NCBI RefSeq assembly: GCF_036321535.1
Contig: NC_087436.1
Location: forward strand, 94,800,001 to 94,864,000
Direction: 5' to 3'
Source: Camelus dromedarius
Lineage: Eukaryota
DNA: 64,000 bases
Shown: in pieces, positions 53,489-64,000 of the stretch
How positions within the stretch are numbered: position 1 is the stretch's first letter
Layout: the number at the start of each line of letters is the position of its first letter
Program-made: the position numbers and the translations under genes
Notes under the pieces: generated by a model
The model's input: only the letters and a program-made list of their open reading frames with translations
Database searches by the model: none
What the model was told of the DNA's origin: nothing

Positions 53489-54109
53489 TAGTTGACCCTT
53501 GAACAATGCGAGGGTAGGGGCTCTGACCTCTCCCCCAAGTTGAAAATCTGCATATAACTTTTGACTCCTCCAAAAAACTGTTAATAGCCTGCTGTTGACC
53601 AGAAGTCTTGCTGATAACATAAACAGCCAATTAATAATAATTGCTTCATGGTAGCCTAGGCTATTCACTAATGAATGAATCGTTATAAAATTGTCATGGC
53701 GTACAGTATTACAGTCATATTCATAATATAGTATTAGAAACATTGTTACATTAAAAAAAAAAACTTACCTGTGCATAGGCTGATATGCAGTATCCTGTAT
53801 GAGACAGAGGCATACTGTTCAGTAATATTATTCTTTGAAAGCAAATGTACAAAATAGAAGACTAACACATACTAATTTTGTGTTACATATCACCTTATAT
53901 GTATGTAAGAATAGACTATTATCTACATATATTGTATACATTCATGACACACCTTTTCTTAATTTTTTCAATATTTCTAGGCTATGTGATTGGTTTGTGA
54001 GTTTTTTCAAATTATCGCAAATCTCCAAATTTTTTTCCAATATATTTATTGAAAAAATTCATGTATAAATGGACCTGCAGAATTAAAACCCATGTTCAAG
54101 GGTCGACTG
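53489..54109. mobile_element. Tigger2/MER28-like non-autonomous TcMar DNA transposon
   Basis: Terminal inverted repeats TAGTTGACCCTTGAACA and TGTTCAAGGGTCGACTG, the latter followed by TA. Confidence 0.85.
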
Positions 54110-54592
54110 TACTTTTAAAGATAGAAATTGTACACTTTTATGCATGCCTTTTATGGTATGTTAAAATAATGGTAGAACTCAGGAATTTTTAGGTTTTGCT
54201 GTTTTGGACAAGATCTATCTGGTGTGAATTTTTAAAATTAAAAATATAACATAAGGAAGCATTTATAGATTGTCAGGATTTTGACAGTGATGGCAAAGTT
54301 TCTGACTCAAATCTAAAAGTAATTGAGTGTTTATTGTGAGTCTTCTGCTGCTGTATATTGTAAAGAATTTGAAATAAGTACATACCCCCATTCCCCCAGA
54401 GTTTCCATCTTTTGGGAAAGTGGAAATTTAATTGTTTGGTACAGTTTTGAACAGCATGAGACAGGATTTGTAAATGCATGGTGAGAAGAAGAGAAAGGAT
54501 ACTAAAGTTTATGAAACTCCCATTGTACCAGGCATATACTAGATACTTCTACTTTGTCTTGATTTACACTTAAATGTTCTGGGTGATTAGAT

Positions 54593-55107
54593 TGTGGTAG
54601 ACAGAATAATGGCTCCCAAAGATATCCACACTAGAACCTGTGAATATGTTGGGTTATATGGCAAAAGGAAATTAAAATTGCAGGTGACATTAAGGTTGAT
54701 AATCAGATGACCTAGAAGTAGGGAGATTATCTGGGTGGGCCCTATATTCACAGGGAGAGGGAGGCAGATGAAGAAATTTAGAGAGAGACTGACTATGGAA
54801 GAAGGTCAGAGAATCAGATGGCAGCATGAAAAGAACTTGCCTAATGTTGTAGGTTTTGAAGACGAAGGAGGAGGGGGCCAGTGAGCTAAGGAATGCTGGC
54901 TGTCACTAGAAACTGGAAAAGGCAAGGAAATGGATTTTTCCCTTGAGTATCCAGAGAGGATCACAGCCTTCCTGGTACTTGATTTTAGCCCAGTGAGACC
55001 CAAATTGGATTTGTAACCTCCAGAACTGTAAGATAATATATTTGTGTTGTTTTAAGCCACTAAGTTTGTGCTGATTTGTTATAGCAGCAACAGAAAAGTA
55101 ATAACAA
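54593..55107 (+). mobile_element. MLT1-type (MLT1D-like) solo LTR
   Basis: tgtggtagacagaataatggctcccaaagatatcca...aacctccagaactgtaagataatatatttgtgttgttttaagccactaagtttgtg...atagcagcaacagaaa. Confidence 0.88.
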
Positions 55108-55258
55108 AAGCCCAAGTGGGTTGAAGTAACCTATGAGAATTTATAAAAGAGATTTGCCTTGAAAATGGTCTTGAGGAATTGGTTAATAACCTTTGTAAAA
55201 ACACACTGTATTATACTATTTCTTTTCAAAGTTTTGTTTATTTACCTGTTGTGTTCAG

Positions 55259-55381
55259 ATTCAGAATCAGAGGAAACAATGCAGGTAAAAAACACCAAAA
55301 AGCAACCAGAAAAATTGCCACTGACTTCTAAACCTGCTAAAATTAGACACCAGGATCCCGTTACATACATTTCAGAAACAG
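55259..55381 (+). CDS. RFC1: RFC1 exon 4 (123 nt)
   Basis: ttcag|ATTCAGAATCAGAG...TCAGAAACAG|gtaagg, translating (D)SESEETMQVKNTKKQPEKLPLTSKPAKIRHQDPVTYISET. Phase matches exon 3. No later RFC1 exon was recognised in the window. Confidence 0.94.
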
Positions 55382-56289
55382 GTAAGGGTACTGAGTATGT
55401 TTATTATTTCAGAGAGAAATAGTGTGTGTTATGTTGTTGAGTTTCTCATTGGAATCTAAATGTACCTCCTTTACTTTGAACTGAATTTCGGCTGCCTTTT
55501 TTCTTTGTTGAATTATACTTACCAGGGAAAGGCTGTAATTACCTTTGGCATTTTCTGTGGGTTAAGGGCCAATTACAGGGGAATTGGCTCTTGAAATTTT
55601 TTTTAAGTGCTCCATATTGAATCATATATATTGAAACTCTATCTTGAATCAGGTATTGAAATATTACCAGGTTGTTTTAAAATTTTTTTGTTGTTTTTTA
55701 CCTTGGGCTAAAGTCATAACAATCTAAGTATATAATGTTTATTCATATTTGTGGTTTATAATCTAGCACAGATGTGATGCAAATTCCTTGTATTATCTAG
55801 TGACACTAAAGATTTTAGCACTGGCTTTTCAAAAAATGATTGTTCTTTATACTTACATTTATTTGATCTGTTTTGAGTGGTCAAAAAGCAAAAGACATTT
55901 ATAAATGTACACTAACCTTAAGATTTCATAGTATAAATAATTGTTTCATAGATAGTATTCTTTTATGGTGATAAGCCCTGAATTATATTGTCATCTTAGG
56001 GAAAAAGACATAGAATAGGTCATTGTAAAGTCATTTGATTTTAGCATTGTTAACTCCTAGAGGAGACCATTTTCAAATTCATAGAGTTTGTTGAATCAAT
56101 TCCTGTATAGAAACGCTTGAAGGGGCCATTAGAGCATCTGATACCTCATTGATTTGTTCACCTTGAGGAAAACCTCTGACACCGTTATTTTTAGCACTCT
56201 GCTACTTATATTGCTAGTGAATACACTTGGTTTGAAGAGACAGGGTAAAAACCACAATTATTTTGGCACAGCATGTTACAACATATATT

Positions 56290-56880
56290 CAACGAACATT
56301 TATGTATAGTCTTTTACATCCTGGATACTAGGTCCTGGGGATAAAAGATGACTAAAGACTTATTAATACTGTAGGAATTACCTGAGGCTGCTATATACGA
56401 TAGTCAGGAAGAGGGCTTGATGGAGAGCGTAAAATTTGATCTGACCCTTGAAGGATGAGCAGGTGATGGAGGGAAAGAACATGTCAGGTTAATAGGATGG
56501 GATTATTTAAGGCACAGCATCCAGCACAAGGCTTGATATGTTTGTAGGACACCATAGAGATTGCCCACATGATGAGGGGTAGTAGGAGGTAGATGAAACT
56601 GGTTTAGGGAAGACCTTGAAAGCTAGGCAGAGGAACTTAATATAGCAGAGAAAAGGGAACCTATAAAGTTTTTGAACAGAGTTATGGAATGATGAAAATA
56701 GTGTTTGAGTGATTGCTAGATTGTGAGCATTTAGGGTGGGAAGGAGAATAGAAAAATCATAATTAGGGAGGTTAAGGCATTTCCTATAATCTAGGATTGA
56801 AGTAATGAGAGTCTTAAAAAGTTAACAATAGTAAGAGACTGATCTGTAAACATTTTGAGGGATGAGTTGTAGATTAGATT
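56290..56880. mobile_element. L2 relic
   Basis: attcaacgaacatttat...tttgatctgacccttgaaggatgagcagg. Boundaries approximate. Confidence 0.6.
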
Positions 56881-58629
56881 TTTGGATTACCTATGGGCTT
56901 TCTTCAGCCATGCTATCCATGGTCTCCTATTAGAATAATTGGAGAGTTGATGTTATTAGCATGCTTACATTAAAAAAAATTTTTTAAACAACAGCTTTAT
57001 TGAGATATAATTTACATACCATGCAATTACCTCTAATGTTTTAATGTGATTGGAATTTGCTTACATGTATGGGCTGTTACTTGAGAGTGTGAAGGTACTC
57101 ATTGTAGATAAACTGATAATTAAGTAGGGAAGGAAACAGGAAAGAAGTCCTTATGTTGTAGAAAGAACCTGAGACCGGAAGACGGTCAGAAGCTCTGCCT
57201 GGGGGGTACATTCTTGGTTCCCATCTAATAGCTGTGTGGGCTAAAGGGAGTCTTTTCTCCCTTTCTATTAAAGCAGAAACACCAATTGAATAGGCTAGTT
57301 CGGAAAACTTAATGGGAGGAGGCATATGAAAGGGCCAGACCCAGTGCCCAAAACATAAATGATAGGCTGTCAAAAGGGAAAAATAAAAACAAAAGTCCAT
57401 AGATGAGCTTTATAGCTCATCATTAAATATTAACATATTTAATAAAGTTGTTTAAATGATCAAAGACAAAATAAGTGACATGAGCATATTTTCTATAAAA
57501 TTTTTTTTTTACACTGAAATATTTCTTTATGGCATGTAGTAGATTGACTCTTGAACCTTTCAGTTCTGTTGCTAAATATCTGCTCAAGCATCTTGTGCAA
57601 ATGCACTCTTCTGTTAAAAAGCCCCCCTCTTAGATCTGGCCACTTTTGTCAGGTTTTGCATATGTGGGAGGGATGCTAAAAACAGTTTGGTGATAGGTTT
57701 ATTATGTAACTGAAGATGGTGTGATCAGGCTTTCCAATGACACCCTGAAAAGGTCAAAGTTAGTGTGCAGACAGCTATGGCCTTCACCTGTGGAGCAAGG
57801 TTAACATTATCTTGTGATTTTAAGTACACAGAAGGGTCAGACAATTTAAGCTCTGACCACAGATTTTCTTTAACACAGGGCTGTTTATTTCAGACCAGGT
57901 GTTTCTGAATGTTATTTTCTGAAGAGATAACCAGCATTTTATCTGAAATTTTTATGAACATTAGGCAGTGTTTTTGTCATTCTGCCAAGGGAATGTATAT
58001 GTGGAAATGAATGTTGTCCCCTGTTTTAGCAAAAAATCTTGGTACAGTATACCCATCTAATATGATGTTGGGATACAGGAAAGAAGCTAGCCGTTTTCTT
58101 ACCTATTTTATCCTTTCAGACTTTTTGATGCCTTGAAATGACAGGTGGATGGGAAGAAGATAAGCCCTTTTCCTTCCCTTTGTAAAGAGAATGAGACTGT
58201 TAGAAGGAGGTCTGCAATAAAATTAGCATAATAAAATCAGAGATATAATGAGTTTTAAAAAAAGAAAATTGTAGCTTCTTGAAATTAATAAATTAATTAG
58301 AAATTGCTTGACATTAAAATAATTCTTTCTTTAAGCTAAAAGTATAATTTTTCAATGCTGATTATGAGTAAATATTCACATTGTAAATGTAAATATTATC
58401 ACTACCAGTATAAAGTTAAATAAAGTATTTGTGGTAGTTTACAAATAAAAATTCTAACCTTTTAGTTGTAATTTTTTTTGTTTTGAGATTTGGAACTTCT
58501 TATGAAGAAAGATTATATGACAAGATTCAGTTTTAAAAACCTGTTAATTACAAAAGAATTAATTTTGCTTTTACTATTCCATACTTTTTATAAGCCAACT
58601 TTAAAAATTATTTTTTATTTTTCTTGAAG

Positions 58630-58855
58630 TACAGCATGTGTAGTGTTTAAGAGCATGAGCTCTTGAGTTAAACCTCTTGCCTGGGTTAAACCTTCATTTG
58701 CCTTCCCCATGTCTTAGTTTCCCTGTTGGTAAAATGGGGATATTACAAGTGCCTAGGTCAGAGTTTTTGTGCTGATCAAATGAGATAATACTTGAAAAGC
58801 ACTTAAAATAGGATCTGGTACATAGTAAGTGCTCAGTAAGTATTAACTGTTATTC
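58630..58855 (+). mobile_element. MIR
   Basis: gtagtgtttaagagcatgagctct...gtaaaatggggatatt...aaagcactta...catagtaagtgctcagtaa. Confidence 0.8.
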
Positions 58856-59453
58856 TTGTATTTTGACTTTATTGTATGCCTACATCTGCCTTTAAATTTG
58901 CTTTTGCTTAAGTTCCTATAGGGCTTTTTTTGATTATATAACTGTGCTTTAGAAATTTAGAAATTATATTTGACCCACTTATGTCATAGACGTTTGCTGT
59001 CCAGTAAGGGCACTGCTAGTTACATGTCGCTATTGAGCACTTGAGAGTGTTGTACATGGGAGGTACAGATTTCAAAGACTTAGTACAAAAGAAAAAGATA
59101 AATCATCTTAGGAATAATTTTTCAGCATTGATTACATGCTGAAATAATAATTTGAGTATGTTGGAATAAGTGAAATATATTATTAAAATTAATTTCACTA
59201 GTTTCTTTTTACTTTTTTTTGAATGTGGCTCACATTTTATTCCTATTACACATGACTTATAAACGAGACACATATTTATGAAATAACCTTACTTTAGAAA
59301 ATAACCTACTTCAGGTACATTTGTTTATATTAGTATATGGTTCTTTAGGCTATTTTATTATATAGAACTTTAGGCTTATCATTTAACTCCATGACACACT
59401 TTTCACTGTCACTTTGTTTGATTAAATTTGTCTTTTATTACTTACTGATTTTT

Positions 59454-59541
59454 TTTTTTTAATGGAAGTACCTGGGTTTGAACCCAGGACCTCGTGCATG
59501 CTAAGCAGTGCATTCTACCATTGAACTATACCCATCCCCCC
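59454..59541 (-). mobile_element. tRNA-derived SINE (Vic-1-like)
   Basis: Same family as 45035-45124. 18-bp TSD TATTACTTACTGATTTTT at 59436-59453 and 59542-59559. Confidence 0.9.
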
Positions 59542-61540
59542 TATTACTTACTGATTTTTAAAGTACATTAACTACAGTAGTTTCCCAAATTACAGGAAAA
59601 GGAAAAAAATTGCTTGTAAATATCTTCATAGCTAACCATTGACTGTGTAGTAAAATGTTCTTGTAGCTTGGTAAAAACCCAAATACTTGTACTAGGTAAA
59701 TATATTTACTTTTAGTTGTTGAATGAAGCAAGAGACCTTGAGTTTTGTTTGGCATAGATGACCTTTTATTATGCAATTTCATCAGGGGCTGCTGGTGCTT
59801 GGTTGAAAATAGTGTTGGTTTTCCCTGTCTTGAGAATAGTTTACGACTGTAAATTTTCATTAAGCACATAATTCCAGAGGCAGATAGTGCTCTTGAAGTT
59901 AGGATTATTTCAGGGACATTAAATGGGAAAGAACTGGGAATGTAGTGTTCTCCAGGTTACCAGGTAGTGTCAGTGACTTGTGACTTGGGGAAATAGTAGC
60001 AGAAAATATTATTGGAGGTGGTGTATAACATTCTTTTTGCTAATTTTTAGAGACATGTAGTTTTGTGTACCAGTTAAATAGAAATAGATTTTGTATAGGG
60101 TAGAGAGCTTTTCTTAGACCGTTTTCAGGGAAACCTAGAGTGACTGAGATGGAAAATTTCCTTGAAGTGAAAGGAAACTTAAGAACTGTATATTATATTT
60201 TATTGATCATACTTGTTCAAAAATTAGTATTGATTTGTGCACTAAGACTATAAAAGAAACTAAGTTTAGCATTTTGGGGGATGACTATTTAGATTAATAT
60301 TATTTAAATTATCTAAGTAACACATTCTCACTGAAAAGAATTAAACAATTTAGATAAAATGTTCCATTCCCTCATTCATCCCTTTTACCTTACATAGCTA
60401 TATAAATTAAAACAGATATACATACACACACACACACAAATACATGTGTACATATATACATACACATATTTGAGAGTGGCATCTTGTAACATTTCTCCAG
60501 CTTGCTTTTTCATAACTTAATGTGTTTCATCTCCCTCCCTTTCCTCTTTCCTTCCCTCCCTCCATGTCCCCCCAATCCTATTCTTTCTTTCCTTCGATAC
60601 AGAAAGATCCCTATCTCATTCTTTTAAACTTCTGTATAGAATTTAATAGGATGCACTCAATTTTTCTCATACTCTTATTTTGGATATTGGATTATTGATG
60701 TGAACATACTTAGTTATGCTTCATTACAATAGAACCTAATTAACTATCAGTAAGTAGGCAATTCACAATGAAAATATAATCACTTAGAAGACAATAGTAT
60801 CTCTTGAGGTTCAGTGGCATTCATTTTAAGAATGTAGTTTATCTATCTGTATAATGAAGAATAGAGCAGCGCTTCCACTTTCTGCTTCTCAAGCCCTTTA
60901 CATTTATCCTCATTAAATTTCTTTCTGAAGTAAACGCTTATGTTTTTATCTTGTTAGATTCCAGGCTTTTGTATCCTGATTCTGTCATCTATTTTTAAAA
61001 ATTTTAAATTTGTATACTTTTATTTAACAGTATTAAGTTCTCATTAATTTATTTAGCAGATGTGATGTGTTCACTGCACAGCACTGTACTGGACAATCTA
61101 TGAAATAGGTAGAAGAATAAAGCTTAGTCGTGTCTTCAAGGGCTTAAAGTCTATTGGGAAGATATACCTTTTACATAAAAATTGTAATATAAGGAAACAA
61201 CAAACAGTGATAAAAATATCTTCCAAGGATATTTAGACATTAGAGAGGTAACTTTTGGAGGTTCAAGACACATTTCCTGGGAGAAGGAGAGATTTGAGAT
61301 TATATTTATAAGAGAAAATCTACTTTTAAAGTTCAGTTTAAAATTTCACAGTTACTTACCCCAGATTAATACTACCTAGTATTTTACCTTGTATTTTCAT
61401 AATTACAGTATCTTCTGTGTTGGAATCTCTTATTTTGAGACCCTTGTGTCCACAGTGAAAGGCAGGGAGAATTCTATGAGAATAATGTTAAAACCAATTT
61501 TGTCTTGTACACTTTTATAAAATTTTTTCAAAATACTTTT

Positions 61541-61596
61541 TTTTTTAAATTGAGGTATAGTCAGTTTACAATGTTGTGTGAATTTCTGGTGTACAG
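61541..61596 (-). mobile_element. Extremely 5'-truncated L1 insertion (about 55 nt)
   Basis: L1 terminal sequence flanked by TSD CAAAATACTTTT at 61529-61540 and 61597-61608. Confidence 0.85.
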
Positions 61597-61899
61597 CAAA
61601 ATACTTTTTTTTACTGACTTCATGAAATGGAATAGCATCATTTATGATTTATATTTCCTATCTGTCTCATTTGATCTTCAAAACTACTTAATATTTGGGT
61701 TTGCTTTAAGACTTACTTTAAAAAAGCTTATTCTCAGAGAATCAATTTTCAATCTAAGGTTGCACAAAGCTTCACTCTGGAAGAATCCGGTAGTTCTTTG
61801 GATGTCCCTCATTCACTTATTTTTTTCGTATTAGCTGATATATATCTAATCTACAAATTCGATAAATCTATTATGTATCTCTTTCTGAATCAGCAGTAA

Positions 61900-62700
61900 A
61901 ATTGTTTAGTATTAAGGGACATGTAAAGAAACCTTTTTCAAAATCGACCTAATTCATTATCTGTACCCTGGATACAGCTTTTCAATGCCTTATGAATAAG
62001 CTGTTCAATTGCTTATGAATCTTAGTAACTACTGTTACTTTCCTTGTATTTCTCCATATTGCCATCATTCATTGCCTCTTAATCAAGGGTGATTTTGCCT
62101 CCCAGAGGACCTTTGGCATATATGGAGATATTTTTGATCATCACAACTGGCAGGTTCTGTGGCATCTAGTTAGTAGAGGCCAGAGATGCTATTAAACATG
62201 CTACAGTGCACAGGAGAGCTCCCTACAACAAACAAATATTTGCCTCAAAATGTAAATAATGCTGAGGGTGAGAACCCTGCCACAGCCTATTGGAAGAGAA
62301 TTTGGTAGATGCTTTGTTGAAGTCCTGACATCCTTGTTTCTAGTATTTACCTCATCTACTAGTCCCGTAACTCATAAAATAAATGGTGACTTAAGCCAGC
62401 ATAGTTGATTTTCAGTGAATCTCTATCTGCTTCAGTTAAATACTCTTCTTTTTGACCTGCTCTTGATATTGTTGCAGAGAATTGTCACCAACCCTTTCTA
62501 CTTCTATAGTTCTGTGGTTGTGTCTTTCTCTTTTTGACAATTAGGACTCCATTTCTCTTCTTTAATCTTTAGAGACTTCTTCCATTTTATATGATGATTC
62601 AGAGGTTACTCATTGCTTTAGCAATTTTATTCACAAATTCATTTTGACTAAAACGTTATTAGAGCTAGATGCTTTCTTATAAGCATTTTTGCCTGGTTTG
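61900..62700 (-). mobile_element. Ancient CR1/L3 reverse-transcriptase relic, interrupted by MER20
   Basis: Minus strand at about 62308-62328 reads GACTTCAACAAAGCATCT (DFNKAS, compare CR1 RT DFSKAF), with a GFTK..SC-like remnant near 62400-62425. Very decayed. Confidence 0.45.
62075..62280 (+). mobile_element. MER20-like MITE
   Basis: gggtgattttgcctcccagaggacctttggca...agaggccagagatgctattaaacatgctacagtgcacagg...gagaaccctg. Confidence 0.85.
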
Positions 62701-64000
62701 TTCTTCAGTCCTTTTTCCGTAGTGCATATTTGAGACCTGAAAAGAATTCAGTGGCATATGGAGAAGGAGAATTGAAAAGGACATAGTGAAAAATGAAGCA
62801 CTAGGGTGTCTGGAATGATTATTGAGTGTTGTTTGTTCTGTTAACACGTATTTTGTTGTCGGGCACTTGTAAAACCATGAGAGACACAGGATTGTATTCC
62901 AGAATGCTAAGGAAGTAGGATTACATTATGAAAATGTCATTAATTTAAGTACTAATAAAATAATATATAGGTGATTTATACTTGGACTTAATACTGAAAT
63001 CAGCATTGTTAATCCTCCCCTGTTCAGGGAAGTAGAATGGGAACGGAAGTGGGGAATTGCATTGCTGAACCATTCTCGTAACCTTTTTCACCAGTCAGGT
63101 TTCCTCCTATTGCCTGTTTCATGCCTTAGAGTTGTAAGAAGCTCTGGATAGAGTACCTGTGGCCAGTTGTCCAGCCTTCCCCCCGCTAAGCCCAAACCTT
63201 TTTCTTTTTCTGGGAGAAGCAGTGGAGGAAGGAGGAGCGTAAGTAGTGAAATGTTCCATTTTCTTCTTCATTGCTTTCCCAGTAATTAAAACCAGCTGTG
63301 ACTTTCCATGGACGGTATTCCTGCTCTCGTGGGGACTTAGCACTTATGTGGTAGATAACATCACAGCACAAACTAGTACTTTTTGTCTTAATGTTACTTA
63401 CCTACCTCACTAGACCTCATGAATTATTAAATAGCTTTATTCTTAACATATAATCAATTCCATTTGATTCTAAGAGGATTTATTAGTAAAGAATCATGAT
63501 ATCTGCAATTTCTTGATTAAAGATGAGCAGTCTCAGTTTTATTTCATTATACTGCAGTATATCTTATTCACCACATAAATCATTTTGTGATTCACCACAA
63601 AATGTCTGGTTCTCACACCTCATAACTGGTGCAGCGATGGTATGTGTAGTTTCTCTTCCATCCGCTTAATTAACGAGTATTTATTGAAGACTGAACATGC
63701 GTGAACCTTTCTCTATGTCCACAACCAAAATGACAGTATGAATTTTTGACTCAAGGAAGTTTCAGAAAGGAACTTAGTAGAAAAAGGCTCTACACACTCA
63801 GATTCTCTTTTTGGTTTTTGACTTGTTGCAAAATAAATTATTTTTAATCTCTATAACCAGATTTCTCTGGCATGGTGTCTGTTGGTTTCTGTGTATTTCA
63901 GACTGAAGGGAAAAAAAAAATCAGAATCCCAAACTCTCTGCAGTGGGAACTTCAGAATTAGATTGTTTTAGAAACCTGCCCATTATTTTCTTACTCTTTC

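Noticed and set aside
55159..55422. 87-aa ORF as a standalone gene
   Set aside because: It is RFC1 exon 4 with open intronic flanks.
63119..63371. Relatively GC-rich stretch with two short minus-strand ORFs, considered as RFC1 exon 5 or a nested gene
   Set aside because: Does not encode the expected RFC1 continuation (DEEDDF..., from memory) and shows no recognisable protein or convincing splice pair.

Overview
AT-rich mammalian genomic DNA, probably from a camelid: its tRNA-derived SINEs resemble Vic-1 and no Alu is visible. It holds the 5' parts of two divergently transcribed genes in the conserved RFC1-KLB arrangement. KLB (beta-klotho) is on the minus strand, with exon 1 at about 18875-19790 and exon 2 at 1345-1855. 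RFC1 is on the plus strand, with a CpG-island promoter and an ATG-only first coding exon at 37229, then exons 2-4 at 46845, 52959 and 55259. Two ribosomal-protein processed pseudogenes are present: RPL35A in KLB intron 1 and RPS24 upstream of KLB. The rest is mostly L1, L2, CR1/L3, MIR, MaLR, MER20 and Tigger relics. The most notable observation is an in-frame TGA at codon 8 of the KLB frame that begins at the human-equivalent Met1 (MKPGCAA*). Full-length beta-klotho would therefore have to start at Met30, behind a dense cluster of upstream ATGs. I see no prokaryote-type system (CRISPR, operon). Comparisons with human sequences and repeat consensuses are from memory, not database searches.
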